From Gaiellales bacterium (lineage in GTDB: Bacteria > Actinomycetota > Thermoleophilia > Gaiellales > JAICJC01), in NCBI GenBank assembly GCA_035638975.1, contig DASQYY010000137.1, forward strand, positions 1 to 36,555: a DNA stretch of 36,555 nt, given 5' to 3'. A program made the translations under genes and the position numbers. Shown one piece after another: positions 7,096 to 16,542 of this stretch (position 1 is its first letter; each line of letters opens with the position of its first letter). The notes under the pieces were generated by a model, which ran no database searches, had not been told where the DNA came from, and was given only the letters and a program-made list of their open reading frames with translations.

Positions 7096-8201
7096 GCGCG
7101 CTGCTGGTGCTGGAGGACGGGACGGTGCTGGACGGCGAGGCCTACGGCGCGGTGGGACGGGCCGTCGGCGAGCTCGTCTTCATCACCTCGATGACGGGAT
7201 ACCAGGAGATCGTGACGGATCCGTCCTTCGCGGGGCAGGTCGTGACCTTCACCCAGCCGATGATCGGCAACTACGGGGTGGAGCCGGACACCTCCGAGTC
7301 CGACCGGCCGCAGGCGCGCGCGGTGGTCGTCCGCGAGGGCCGCAACGCCTCGCCGAACGGCCGCGAGGGGTTCTCGGACTGGCTCGCGCGCCACGATGTC
7401 GTGGGGATCCAGGGGATCGACACGCGCATGCTCACGCGCCGGCTGCGCGACGGGGGGACCGTGCGCGCAGCGATCGGATCGGACGGGGCGTCGGTCGCGG
7501 ATCTCACGCAGCTGATCGCACGCGAGCCGCTGATGGCAGGCCAGGCGCTGGCGGGCGACGTGTCCTGCCACGAGCCGGCGACGCTGCCGGCGATCGGCCC
7601 GGAGCGCGCGCATGTCGCAGTCCTCGACTACGGGGTGAAGCGGTCGATCGTGCGCATCCTCCAGGAGCACGGCGCGCGGGTGACCGTGCTCCCGTGGGAC
7701 GCGACCGCCGACCAGGTGCTGGAGGTCAACCCGGACGGGGTGCTGCTCGGTAACGGGCCCGGAGACCCCGCGGCCCTTCCCGGCCCGATCTCCGAGGTGC
7801 GAGAGCTGGTCGGCCAGGTGCCGGTGTTCGGGATCTGCCTCGGCCACCAGCTGCTCGGCAGGGCGCTCGGCCTGGAGACCTTCAAGCTGCGCTTCGGCCA
7901 CCGCGGCGCGAACCATCCGGTGCTCGAGGTGGACTCCGGCCGCGTGCTCGTGACCGCACAGAACCACGGGTTCGCCGTCCGCGTGCCCGAGGGCGGGGGA
8001 GACCTCGATACGGACTTCGGGCCGGCACGGATCACCCATATATCGCTGTACGACGGGACGGTCGAGGGCCTGGCGCTGCGCGATCTGCCGGTCGCCTCGA
8101 TGCAGTTCCATCCCGAGGCGAGCCCCGGGCCGCACGACGCGCGCGCTGCGCTCGCGGGCTTCGTCGACAGCCTGGCGGAGGTGGCCGTTGCCAAGGCGTG
8201 A
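7092..8201 (+). CDS. carA: carbamoyl-phosphate synthase small (glutaminase) subunit
   Basis: [20 protein letters not shown]...[31 protein letters not shown]...GICLGHQLL...[12 protein letters not shown]. An ATGA overlap with the pyrC stop supports 7092 over the upstream track start at 6945. Confidence 0.95.
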   Translation: MSALLVLEDGTVLDGEAYGAVGRAVGELVFITSMTGYQEIVTDPSFAGQVVTFTQPMIGNYGVEPDTSESDRPQARAVVVREGRNASPNGREGFSDWLARHDVVGIQGIDTRMLTRRLRDGGTVRAAIGSDGASVADLTQLIAREPLMAGQALAGDVSCHEPATLPAIGPERAHVAVLDYGVKRSIVRILQEHGARVTVLPWDATADQVLEVNPDGVLLGNGPGDPAALPGPISEVRELVGQVPVFGICLGHQLLGRALGLETFKLRFGHRGANHPVLEVDSGRVLVTAQNHGFAVRVPEGGGDLDTDFGPARITHISLYDGTVEGLALRDLPVASMQFHPEASPGPHDARAALAGFVDSLAEVAVAKA

Positions 8202-11200
8202 GGACATCTCGAAGATCGCGGTGATCGGCTCCGGGCCGATCGTGATCGGTCAGGCCTGCGAGTTCGACTACTCCGGCACCCAGGCGCTCCGCGTGCTGCG
8301 CGAAGAGGGCTACACGACGGTGCTGATCAACTCGAACCCGGCCACCATCATGACCGACCCCGGCTGGGCCGACCGTACCTACCTGGAGCCGCTCGACCTC
8401 GACGGCGTCCGCGCGGTGCTCGAGGCCGAGCGACCGGACGCGCTCCTGCCGACGCTCGGCGGCCAGACGGCGCTCAACCTCGCATCCCTGCTCTCCGAGG
8501 CGGGCGTGCTCGACGAGCTCGGGATCGAGCTGATCGGTGCCTCCTACGACGCCATCCACTGCGCCGAGGATCGTGAGTTGTTCGCGCGCACGATGGAGTC
8601 GATCGGGCTGCGCGTGCCCCGCAGTGCGATCGCCCACACCGTGGAGGAGGCACGCGCCGCCGTCACGGGCGACCTGCAGCTGCCCGTCGTCATCCGGCCG
8701 GCCTTCACGCTCGGCGGCCAGGGCGGCGGGTTTGCGCGGACGCCGGAGCAGTTCGAGGAGATCGTCGGCCGGGGCCTGCGGGAGAGCCCGATCAGCCAGA
8801 TCCTGCTCGAGGAGTCTGTCGCCGGCTGGGGCGAGTTCGAGCTCGAGGTGATCCGCGACCGCAACGACAACGTGGTCATCATCTGCTCGATCGAGAACGT
8901 CGATCCGATGGGCGTGCACACCGGCGACTCGGTCACCGTCGCGCCCGCGCAGACGCTGACTGACCGCGAGTACCAGCTGCTGCGCGACGCCTCCGCCGCC
9001 GTGATCCGCGCCGTGGGCGTCGAGACCGGTGGATCCAACGTGCAGTTCGCGCTCAACCGCGAGACGGGTGAGCTGGTGGTGATCGAGATGAACCCGCGCG
9101 TGTCGCGGTCGTCGGCGCTCGCGTCGAAGGCGACCGGCTATCCGATCGCGAAGGTCGCGACCAAGCTTGCGATCGGGTACACGCTGGACGAGATCCCGAA
9201 CGACATCACGGGCACCACGCCGGCGTCCTTCGAGCCGGCGCTCGACTACGTCGTCGTCAAGCTGCCGCGGTTCGCCTTCGAGAAGTTCCCCGGCGCAGAC
9301 GCGGGGCTGACGACGCAGATGAAGTCGGTGGGCGAGGCCATGGGCATCGGCCGCACGTTCGCGGAGGCGTGGGGGAAGGCCATGCGCAGCCGGGAGCTGG
9401 ACGGCACCTCCCGGCGCCATGGAAGCGTCGCCGAGGGCAGCTGGGACCGCTTCGACGTGATCGCCTCACGGCTGTTCGACGGGGAGTCGCCCGAGGCCCT
9501 GTCCGTGGAGTCGCAGGTGCATAGATGGTTCCTGGACGAGTGGGCGACCGTCGCCGAGGCGGAGCGCCGGTTGCGTGGAGCCGAGGCGGGCGCCATCTCC
9601 GAGACGGAGTGGCGACGGCTGAAGCGACTTGGCATCGCCGATGCGCGCATCGCCGAGCTGACCGGCGAGGCGGAGCGAGAGGTGCGACGGCTCCGGCGGG
9701 AGGCCGGCGTGCGGCCGGTGTTCAAGGCCGTGGACAGCTGCGCGGCCGAGGTCGAGGCGCAGGCGCCGTACTACTACTCGGCGTACGAGATGGAGGATGA
9801 GCTCCGTCGCGGCGAGCGCGAGAGCGTCGTCATCCTGGGCGCCGGCCCCAACCGGATCGGGCAGGGCATCGAGTTCGACTACTGCTGCGTCCAGGCCGCC
9901 CAGACGTTCCGCCACCTCGGCTACGACGCGGTGATGGTGAACTGCAACCCGGAGACGGTCTCGACCGACGCCGACTCGTCCGACCGGCTCTACTTCGAGC
10001 CGCTCACCGTCGAGGACGTGCTCGAGGTGATCGAGCGGGAGCGGCCGGTGGGCGTGGTCGCCCAGTTCGGCGGCCAGACGCCGCTGCGCCTGGCGCGCCG
10101 GCTCGAGGAGGAGGGCGTGCGCCTGCTCGGCACGCCGTTCGAGGCGATCGACATCGCGGAGGACCGCGAGCGGTTCGGCGGGGTGCTGGCCGAGCTCGGC
10201 CTCGAGGCGCCGGCGTGGGGGATCGCGAACGATGTCGAGGACGCTGCACGCATCGCGTCGTCGATCGGCTACCCGGTGCTGGTGCGGCCGTCCTACGTGC
10301 TCGGCGGGCGGGAGATGCGGATCTGCTACGACGAGTCGATGCTTCGCGCCCGGCCGGTGCAGCGGGGATCGCTGGTCGACCGATTCGTCGAGGATGCAAT
10401 CGAGGTGGACGTCGACGCCGTGTGCGACGGCACCCGCGCGTGGATCGGCGCTGTCATGCAGCACGTCGAGGAGGCGGGCGTGCACTCCGGGGACTCCGCA
10501 TGCGTCATCCCGACCCTGTCGCTGGGCGACGAGGTCGAGCGCGAGATCCGCAGCCAGACGCGCTCCATCGCCATGGCGCTCGGCGTGCAGGGGCTGATCA
10601 ACGTGCAGTACGCGGTGCAGGGGTCGCGGGTGTTCGTCATCGAGGCCAACCCGCGCGCCTCGCGCACCGTGCCCTTCGTCGCCAAGGCGACCGGCCGGAA
10701 CCTGGTCGAGGCCGCCTGCCGGGCGGCGTTGGGGCTGCCGGTCGAGCTGGCCGAGGAGCCACCCGACCACATCAGCGTCAAGGCGGCGGTGCTGCCGTTC
10801 CAGCGGTTCATGGGATCGGATCCGGCGCTCGGCCCGGAGATGCGCTCGACCGGCGAGGTGATGGGCATCGGCCCGGACTTCCCGACCGCGTTCGCCAAGG
10901 CGGAGCGGGCAGCCGGCAGGCCGCTGCCCCGCGAGGGTCGCGTGTTCCTCTCGGTGCGCGACGCCGACAAGGCGGCCGCGACGATGCTCGCAGCGCTGCT
11001 GCAGTCGCTCGGCTTCGACCTGATCGCCACCGCCGGCACGGCCCTGGCGCTGCAGCGCATCGGCATCCCCGTCGAGCGGGTGCTGAAGGTCACGGAGGGG
11101 TCGCCGAACGTCGTCGACCTGATCCGCGAGTCGTCGATCAACCTGATCATCAACACGCCGTTCGGCCGTGGAGCCCGCACGGACGGCTACGAGATCCGCG

Positions 11201-11343
11201 AGGCCGCCATCCGCCATCAGATCCCCTGCATCACGACCCTGGCCGGCGCGTCCGCAGTGGTGCAGGCGATCGCGCAGGCGCGCGCCGTGGCCCCGGTCGC
11301 CCTCCAGGATCTGCACGCCGCCGGAACCCATGCCGCCCGCTAG
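8188..11343 (+). CDS. carB: carbamoyl-phosphate synthase large subunit
   Basis: [33 protein letters not shown]..., a duplicated ATP-grasp halves pattern, and a C-terminal MGS-like domain. TTG start with a 14-nt overlap onto carA. Confidence 0.97.
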   Translation: MPRREDISKIAVIGSGPIVIGQACEFDYSGTQALRVLREEGYTTVLINSNPATIMTDPGWADRTYLEPLDLDGVRAVLEAERPDALLPTLGGQTALNLASLLSEAGVLDELGIELIGASYDAIHCAEDRELFARTMESIGLRVPRSAIAHTVEEARAAVTGDLQLPVVIRPAFTLGGQGGGFARTPEQFEEIVGRGLRESPISQILLEESVAGWGEFELEVIRDRNDNVVIICSIENVDPMGVHTGDSVTVAPAQTLTDREYQLLRDASAAVIRAVGVETGGSNVQFALNRETGELVVIEMNPRVSRSSALASKATGYPIAKVATKLAIGYTLDEIPNDITGTTPASFEPALDYVVVKLPRFAFEKFPGADAGLTTQMKSVGEAMGIGRTFAEAWGKAMRSRELDGTSRRHGSVAEGSWDRFDVIASRLFDGESPEALSVESQVHRWFLDEWATVAEAERRLRGAEAGAISETEWRRLKRLGIADARIAELTGEAEREVRRLRREAGVRPVFKAVDSCAAEVEAQAPYYYSAYEMEDELRRGERESVVILGAGPNRIGQGIEFDYCCVQAAQTFRHLGYDAVMVNCNPETVSTDADSSDRLYFEPLTVEDVLEVIERERPVGVVAQFGGQTPLRLARRLEEEGVRLLGTPFEAIDIAEDRERFGGVLAELGLEAPAWGIANDVEDAARIASSIGYPVLVRPSYVLGGREMRICYDESMLRARPVQRGSLVDRFVEDAIEVDVDAVCDGTRAWIGAVMQHVEEAGVHSGDSACVIPTLSLGDEVEREIRSQTRSIAMALGVQGLINVQYAVQGSRVFVIEANPRASRTVPFVAKATGRNLVEAACRAALGLPVELAEEPPDHISVKAAVLPFQRFMGSDPALGPEMRSTGEVMGIGPDFPTAFAKAERAAGRPLPREGRVFLSVRDADKAAATMLAALLQSLGFDLIATAGTALALQRIGIPVERVLKVTEGSPNVVDLIRESSINLIINTPFGRGARTDGYEIREAAIRHQIPCITTLAGASAVVQAIAQARAVAPVALQDLHAAGTHAAR

Positions 11344-12055
11344 CCGCGTGCTCGCGGTCGACCGCGTGGAGGCGGTCGGCGGCTACACGCTGCTGGTGCT
11401 TCGCCGCAGCGGTGCCGACGCAGGGGTGCCGGGGCAGTTCTTCATGTTGCAGGCGCGCCCCCAGCCGGCCGGCGCATACCTCCCCCGGCCGCTTTCCGCG
11501 GCATGGGCGGATGAGCGCGAGATCGCATTCCTGCTCGACGTGCGCGGCCCGGGCACGGCTGCCCTCGCGGGGTGCCGGGAGGTCACCGTGACCGGTCCGC
11601 TGGGCCGCGGCTTCCCCGCGATCACCGGCCCGGCGATCCTCGTGGGCGGCGGCATCGGCGCCGCCATCCTGCCCTGGCTGGTTCGTACGCTGGCGCCTCC
11701 CGTGACGACGCTGCTCGGGTTCCGTGGCGAGGCCCAGGCCGTGTGCGCCGCCCTCGTCGATCCCAGCGCGACGGTCGTCCTCGAACCGACGCTCGTCACC
11801 GAGCCGCTCGCCCGGCTGCTCCCGGCCGAGGCGACCGTCATTGCCTGCGGCCCGGACCCGATGCTGCGCGCGGTTGCGGCGCTCTGCGCCGAGCATGGCA
11901 CACCCTGCCTGCTGGCAATGGAGGCCGCCATGGCATGCGGGTTCGGTGCGTGCTACGGCTGCGCGGTGGAGCTGGACGGCGAGTGGAAGCGGCTCTGCAT
12001 CGAGGGGCCCGTGGTGGAGGGAAGCCGGATCCTGGCGGGGCGGGGGAGTGGGTAG
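11330..12055 (+). CDS. pyrK: dihydroorotate dehydrogenase (class 1B) electron-transfer subunit
   Basis: GQFFML...RPLS...GPLGRGF...LVGGGIGAA...[11 protein letters not shown]...[13 protein letters not shown] (2Fe-2S Cys cluster). Its ATG at 11330 overlaps the end of carB by 14 nt. Confidence 0.88.
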   Translation: MPPASRVLAVDRVEAVGGYTLLVLRRSGADAGVPGQFFMLQARPQPAGAYLPRPLSAAWADEREIAFLLDVRGPGTAALAGCREVTVTGPLGRGFPAITGPAILVGGGIGAAILPWLVRTLAPPVTTLLGFRGEAQAVCAALVDPSATVVLEPTLVTEPLARLLPAEATVIACGPDPMLRAVAALCAEHGTPCLLAMEAAMACGFGACYGCAVELDGEWKRLCIEGPVVEGSRILAGRGSG

Positions 12056-12980
12056 CTCGCTGGCCACGACCTTCTGCGGCATCGAGCTCGAGCACCCGGT
12101 GGTGAACGGCTCGGGGACACTCGACGCGCTCGTGGCCGGCACGCTGGGCGCGTCGGCGTTCGTCACCAAGACCGTGACGCTGCGGCCGCGGGCCGGGAAC
12201 CCGCCACAGCGGATCGCTGAGACGCCGGCGGGCATGGTGAACTCGATCGGGCTCGCGAATCCCGGGCTCGACCGCTTCTGCGACGACCACCTGCCGCGGC
12301 TCGCCGACCTGGGCGTCCCGCTGATCGTCAGCGTCGGTGGGTGGAGCCGGGAGGAGTACGCCACCGCCGTCGCACGGGTCGGCGCGCAGCCCGCGGTGGC
12401 CGCGATCGAGCTGAACGTGTCGTGCCCGAACGTCGACACCGGGTGCATCTCGATCGGCACCGACGCCGCGGAGACGCGTGCGCTGCTCGAGCGCTGCCGG
12501 GCCGAGACATCGGTGCCGCTGCTGGCGAAGCTGACGCCGAGCGTCGCCGACCTACCGGCGATCGGGCTCGCCGCCGCGGAGGGTGGAGCGGACGGCCTGG
12601 TGCTGATCAACACCGTGCGCGGAATGGCGATCGACCGCACAACGCTTCGGCCCCTGCTCGGCGGCGGTGGCGGGGGCTTATCGGGGCCGGCGGTCAAGCC
12701 TGTCGCGCTGCACGCGGTCTACCACGCGCGGGCCGTGACCGGCCTGCCGATCATCGGCCTCGGGGGCATCCAGTCGGCGCAGGATTGCATCGAGTTCGCG
12801 GCCGCGGGCGCCTCGGTGGTCGCGCTCGGCACGGCGCTCTTCCGCGACCCGCACCTGCTGCGCCGCGTTGTGGAGGAACTGCCCCGCTTGCTCGGTGATC
12901 GAGGCGTTTCCACCTTTGACGACATCGTTGGGGCCGCGCATCTGGGCTTACCTCATCCTATACTTGAGGTTGATGGATAA
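12048..12980 (+). CDS. pyrD: dihydroorotate dehydrogenase (class 1B) catalytic subunit
   Basis: FCGIELEHPVVNGSGT...NSIGLANPG...IELNVSCPN...INT...GGLSGPAVKP...GLGGI. GTG 12048 overlaps the pyrK stop. The exact start is uncertain. Confidence 0.9.
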   Translation: MGSSLATTFCGIELEHPVVNGSGTLDALVAGTLGASAFVTKTVTLRPRAGNPPQRIAETPAGMVNSIGLANPGLDRFCDDHLPRLADLGVPLIVSVGGWSREEYATAVARVGAQPAVAAIELNVSCPNVDTGCISIGTDAAETRALLERCRAETSVPLLAKLTPSVADLPAIGLAAAEGGADGLVLINTVRGMAIDRTTLRPLLGGGGGGLSGPAVKPVALHAVYHARAVTGLPIIGLGGIQSAQDCIEFAAAGASVVALGTALFRDPHLLRRVVEELPRLLGDRGVSTFDDIVGAAHLGLPHPILEVDG

Positions 12981-13018
12981 CACTGTAAAAACCGCCTATT
13001 TTGGCCGTTTATTGGGGC

Positions 13019-13046
13019 TTGCACGAGTGCCCAACCGTGGTATCAT
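13019..13046 (+). promoter_or_regulatory. strong extended -10 promoter for mihF, TTGCAC-16 nt-(TGG)TATCAT
   Basis: TTGCAC at 13019-13024 and TGG-TATCAT at 13038-13046. It is preceded by an unusually A/T-rich stretch (about 12960-13018) that could act as an UP element. The ATG at 13058 is 11 nt past the -10, so the leader is only a few nt long. Confidence 0.55.
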
Positions 13047-13057
13047 CGCCCCGCACG

Positions 13058-13381
13058 ATGCCCCAACTCCTCTCGCAGGCCCCCTCCCGTTCCCTCGACC
13101 AGCGACTCGACGCACTCGATCGAGCGAACCGGATCCGGGTACAGCGGGCGCAGCTGAAGCGGGCGCTCAAGGCCGGCCAGACGACGTTCGATCAGATCCT
13201 CCTCGACCCGCCGGACTACGTGCTCACCGCCAAGGTGTACGACATGCTGCTCGCCGTTCCGCGCCTCGGGCGCGTTCGCGCGGGCAGGCTGCTGACGCAG
13301 TGCCGGATCAGCCAGTCGAAGACCATCGGCGGGCTGTCCGAGCGGCAGCGCGGCGAGCTCGTCGAGCTCTTCAACTCCTAG
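13058..13381 (+). CDS. mihF: actinobacterial integration host factor mIHF (107 aa)
   Basis: MPQLLSQ...LDALDRANRIRVQRAQLKRALKAGQTTFDQIL...VYDMLLAVPRLGRVRAGRLLTQCRISQSKTIGGLSERQRGELVELF parallels mycobacterial and streptomycete mIHF/sIHF. Its position before gmk-rpoZ is conserved. The track start at 13001 lies inside the promoter and is rejected. Confidence 0.85.
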   Translation: MPQLLSQAPSRSLDQRLDALDRANRIRVQRAQLKRALKAGQTTFDQILLDPPDYVLTAKVYDMLLAVPRLGRVRAGRLLTQCRISQSKTIGGLSERQRGELVELFNS

Positions 13382-13397
13382 CGCCCGGGGCGTCCCG

Positions 13398-13970
13398 GTG
13401 AGCGCCCGCCGCGGCGGGCGGCTGTTCGTCATCTCGGGACCATCCGGCGTCGGCAAGGGGACGTTGATCCGGCTCGCCCGCGAACAGGTGCCCGACCTCG
13501 AGCTTGCCACCTCGGCGACGACGCGTCCCATGCGGCCGGGCGAGGTCGACGGCCGCGAGTACCACTTCCTCACGCCGGAGGGGTTCGAGCGGCGGGTGGG
13601 GGAGGGGGCGTTCCTCGAGCATGTAGAATTCGCAGGCCATCGGTACGGCACGCTGCGCAGCGAGGTCGACCGGCGCCTGGCGCACGGGGCGAGCGTGATG
13701 CTCGAGATCGACGTGCCGGGGGCTCGGGAGGTCGCGCGCCAGCTGCCGGACGCGGTGCTGGTGTTCATCGCACCACCGGATGTGACTGACCTCGAGCGGC
13801 GCCTGACGGCGCGCGGGACGAACTCGCCCGAGGACATCGCAAACCGGCTGCGGATCGCCAGGGCAGAGCTGGAGGCGCGGGACGATTTCGCGCACGTGAT
13901 AGTGAATGACGACGTCGACAGAGCAGCGGCGGAGCTGGTAACGCTGATCCGAAGCGCACTCGCAGAGTGA
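13398..13970 (+). CDS. gmk: guanylate kinase
   Basis: LFVISGPSGVGKGTL...TTRPMRPGEVDGREYHF...EHVEFAGHRYGT. Confidence 0.95.
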   Translation: MSARRGGRLFVISGPSGVGKGTLIRLAREQVPDLELATSATTRPMRPGEVDGREYHFLTPEGFERRVGEGAFLEHVEFAGHRYGTLRSEVDRRLAHGASVMLEIDVPGAREVARQLPDAVLVFIAPPDVTDLERRLTARGTNSPEDIANRLRIARAELEARDDFAHVIVNDDVDRAAAELVTLIRSALAE

Positions 13971-13979
13971 GGAGAGAAC

Positions 13980-14231
13980 ATGATCTACCCGAAGGTTGAT
14001 GTGCTGCTGGAGCACGTGGACAGCAAGTATGCGCTCGTGATCGCGGCCGCCAAGCGGGCCAGGCAGATCAACGACTATCACCACCAGCTCGGCGAGGGCA
14101 GCTTCGAAGGGTTCGCGCCGCCGCTGATCGAGTCGCGGTCGAAGAACTTCCTGACGATGGCGCTCGAGGAGATCGCCGAGGGCAAGCTCGAGGTGTCCAC
14201 CTCGGACGCCGGCGCGCGCGAGAAGCATTAG
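13980..14231 (+). CDS. rpoZ: DNA-directed RNA polymerase subunit omega
   Basis: MIYPKVDVLLEHVDSKYALVIAAAKRARQIN is the typical omega N-terminus. Synteny after gmk supports the call. Confidence 0.9.
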   Translation: MIYPKVDVLLEHVDSKYALVIAAAKRARQINDYHHQLGEGSFEGFAPPLIESRSKNFLTMALEEIAEGKLEVSTSDAGAREKH

Positions 14232-14244
14232 GCGAGAAGCATTG

Positions 14245-14264
14245 GGTCAGCCGTCGGGCTGACC
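14245..14264. terminator. GGTCAGCC-GTCG-GGCTGACC hairpin after rpoZ (terminator-like; member of the GGGGTCAG family)
   Basis: Perfect 8-bp stem with a 4-nt loop, 14 nt after the rpoZ stop. No U-tail. Confidence 0.5.
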
Positions 14265-14324
14265 GCGGTTGACGCGGCAGCCCGGTCGTCACGAATCCGT
14301 TACCGCGGGGCACCGGCGCGGCCG

Positions 14325-14330
14325 TACACT
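14325..14330 (+). promoter_or_regulatory. candidate -10 hexamer TACACT for a leaderless coaBC transcript
   Basis: This is the same hexamer as the LysM promoter, located 6 nt before ATG 14337. There is no SD and no convincing -35. Confidence 0.3.
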
Positions 14331-14336
14331 TCCGCC

Positions 14337-15536
14337 ATGATCCTGGTGGGGGTGAGCGGGGGAATCGCGGCATACAAGACCTGCGAGCTCGTGCGCCTGC
14401 TGGTGCGCGCCGGCCGGGACGTGCAGGTCGTTATGACGCCGGATGCCGAGCGCTTCGTCGGCGCGACCACGTTCGCAGCGCTGTCACGGCGTCCCGTGCT
14501 GACCGAGAGCTCCGCTGACGTCTTCCCGCACCTCGAGGCGTCGCGCGAGGCGGAGCTGTTCTGCGTCGCACCGGCCGGTGCGAATACCCTCGCCCGCATC
14601 GCCCGCGGCGAGGCGCCGAACGTGCTCACCCAGAGCGCACTCGCGTTCGGCGGCCCGCTGCTGCTCGCTCCCGCAATGAACCCGCGCATGTGGGAGTCTC
14701 CGGCCACGCGGGAGAACGTCGCGCTGCTGGAAGCGCGCGGAGTCGAGCTGGTGGGACCGGGGTCCGGTGAGATGGCCGAGGGCGAGCACGGCCGCGGCCG
14801 GATGGCCGAGCCGGATGAGATCGCGGCGCGGATCGAGCAGCGCCTGGCGACGATGGCATCGCTCGCGGGGCGGCGGATGGTGGTGACCGCCGGCGGGACG
14901 CGCGAGCCGCTCGACGTGGTGCGCTACCTCGGGAACCGGTCGAGCGGTCGCATGGGCGTCGCCGTCGCCGACGAGGCCGCCCGGCGCGGAGCCGCCGTCA
15001 CGCTCCTGCTGGCGGCGGCCATCGCGTCCCCCTCGGCGCCGATGCGGACAGTGCGGGTCGAGACGGCCGCGGAGCTGCGCGCGGCGACCCTGCGCGAGGC
15101 CGAGACCGCCGACATCGTCGTCATGGCTGCGGCCGTGGCCGACTACCGGCCCGCGGCGCCGGTCGCCGGCAAGCGCACGAAGGGCGAGGACGCCTGGCTG
15201 GTCGAGCTGGAGCCGACCACCGACATCCTTGCGGAGCTCGGCGCTGCCCGGCGCGCCGGCACCACGCTGGTCGGGTTCGCGGCCGAGCACGGGGACGGCG
15301 CAGTGGAGCGGGCGCGGGACAAGCTGCGGCGCAAGGGTGCGGACATGATCGTGGTGAACGACATCAGCCGCAGCGACATCGGATTCGACAGCGACCTCAA
15401 CGAAGTCGTGCTGGTGACGTCAAACGATGAGACGCTGGTATCGCGCCGCTCCAAGCAGGCCTGCGCGGCCGCCATCCTGGACTGGGTCGCGAACCGGCCG
15501 GCGAGTGCCGCCGTAGAGCAGCGTACGACGGTCTGA
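14337..15536 (+). CDS. coaBC: bifunctional phosphopantothenoylcysteine decarboxylase / phosphopantothenate-cysteine ligase
   Basis: MILVGVSGGIAAYKTCELVRLL...APAMNPRMW...TAGGTREPLDVVRYLGNRSSGRMG...MAAAVADYRP. Confidence 0.93.
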   Translation: MILVGVSGGIAAYKTCELVRLLVRAGRDVQVVMTPDAERFVGATTFAALSRRPVLTESSADVFPHLEASREAELFCVAPAGANTLARIARGEAPNVLTQSALAFGGPLLLAPAMNPRMWESPATRENVALLEARGVELVGPGSGEMAEGEHGRGRMAEPDEIAARIEQRLATMASLAGRRMVVTAGGTREPLDVVRYLGNRSSGRMGVAVADEAARRGAAVTLLLAAAIASPSAPMRTVRVETAAELRAATLREAETADIVVMAAAVADYRPAAPVAGKRTKGEDAWLVELEPTTDILAELGAARRAGTTLVGFAAEHGDGAVERARDKLRRKGADMIVVNDISRSDIGFDSDLNEVVLVTSNDETLVSRRSKQACAAAILDWVANRPASAAVEQRTTV

Positions 15537-15551
15537 CGAGAGGACATTCCT

Positions 15552-16529
15552 GTGGAAGCACACGAACTGCACGACACGCCGCCCTCGGAGGCCATCGCGG
15601 GAGCCGGCGAGACGGCCCGGCGTGTGATCGAGAACGTCGCCCGGGTGATCCACGCGCCGCAGGAGCTGCTGGAGCGGTGCGTGCTGGCCATGCTCTGCGA
15701 GGGCCACATCATCCTCGAGGACTTCCCCGGCGTCGGGAAGACGATGCTGGCGAAGTCGCTCGCGCGGTCGCTCGACTGTGAGTTCGCGCGGATCCAGGCG
15801 ACCCCCGACCTGCTCCCCTCGGACATCACCGGCGTCAACGTCTACAACCTGCAGGCGAACGAGTTCGAGTTCCGGCCCGGCCCCGTCTTCGCGAACCTGG
15901 TGCTGGTCGACGAGATCAACCGCGCCAGCCCGAAGACCCAGTCCGCGCTGCTCGAGTGCATGCAGGAGGGACAGGTCACGATCGACGGTGCAACGCACCG
16001 GTTGGCACGCCCCTTCATGGTGATCGCGACGCAGAACCCGATCGAGTACGAGGGCACATTCCCGCTGCCCGAGGCACAGCTCGACCGGTTCACGATGCGG
16101 CTGCACCTTGGGTACCCGCCGATCGCCGAGGAGGCGCGCATGCTCGCCGAGCACTCCGCCTCCGAGCCGCTCGAGGAGCTCGAGCCGGTTGCCTCGGCGG
16201 CCGACCTCGAGACCGCGGTGGACGCGGTCAAGCGGGTCTACGTCGAGGACAGCTTGAATCGCTACGTGGTTGCCATCCTGCGGCAGACGCGGGCCGATTC
16301 GCGGCTCGCGCTCGGCACCAGCCCGCGGGCCGGCATCTCGCTGCTGCGGGTCGCAAAGGCCCACGCCGTGCTGCGCGGCCGGGAATACGTGATCCCCGCC
16401 GACGTCAAGGACGTGGCCGCCGACGTTCTCGCCCATCGCGTCATCCTCGCGGCCGACGCCCGCACCGGCGGGGTCGATGCGGCCGAGGTGATCGGCGAGG
16501 CGGTGGCCCGCACCCCGGTCCCGGTGTAG
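15552..16529 (+). CDS. moxR: MoxR-family AAA+ ATPase
   Basis: HIILEDFPGVGKTMLAKSLARSL (Walker A)...LVLVDEINRASPKTQSALLECMQE (Walker B / sensor)...ATQNPIEYEGTFPLPEAQLDRF. Confidence 0.93.
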   Translation: MEAHELHDTPPSEAIAGAGETARRVIENVARVIHAPQELLERCVLAMLCEGHIILEDFPGVGKTMLAKSLARSLDCEFARIQATPDLLPSDITGVNVYNLQANEFEFRPGPVFANLVLVDEINRASPKTQSALLECMQEGQVTIDGATHRLARPFMVIATQNPIEYEGTFPLPEAQLDRFTMRLHLGYPPIAEEARMLAEHSASEPLEELEPVASAADLETAVDAVKRVYVEDSLNRYVVAILRQTRADSRLALGTSPRAGISLLRVAKAHAVLRGREYVIPADVKDVAADVLAHRVILAADARTGGVDAAEVIGEAVARTPVPV

Positions 16530-16542
16530 CGGTGGGGCCGAC

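Noticed and set aside
13001-13057. Upstream ATG 13001 as the mihF start; likewise 33923 for pnp, 6945 for carA, 368 for the LysM gene and 33638 for rpsO
   Set aside because: The extensions overlap promoter or SD elements or the preceding gene, and they add residues absent from the conserved N-termini. The internal starts have the appropriate SD, -10 spacing or stop-start overlaps.
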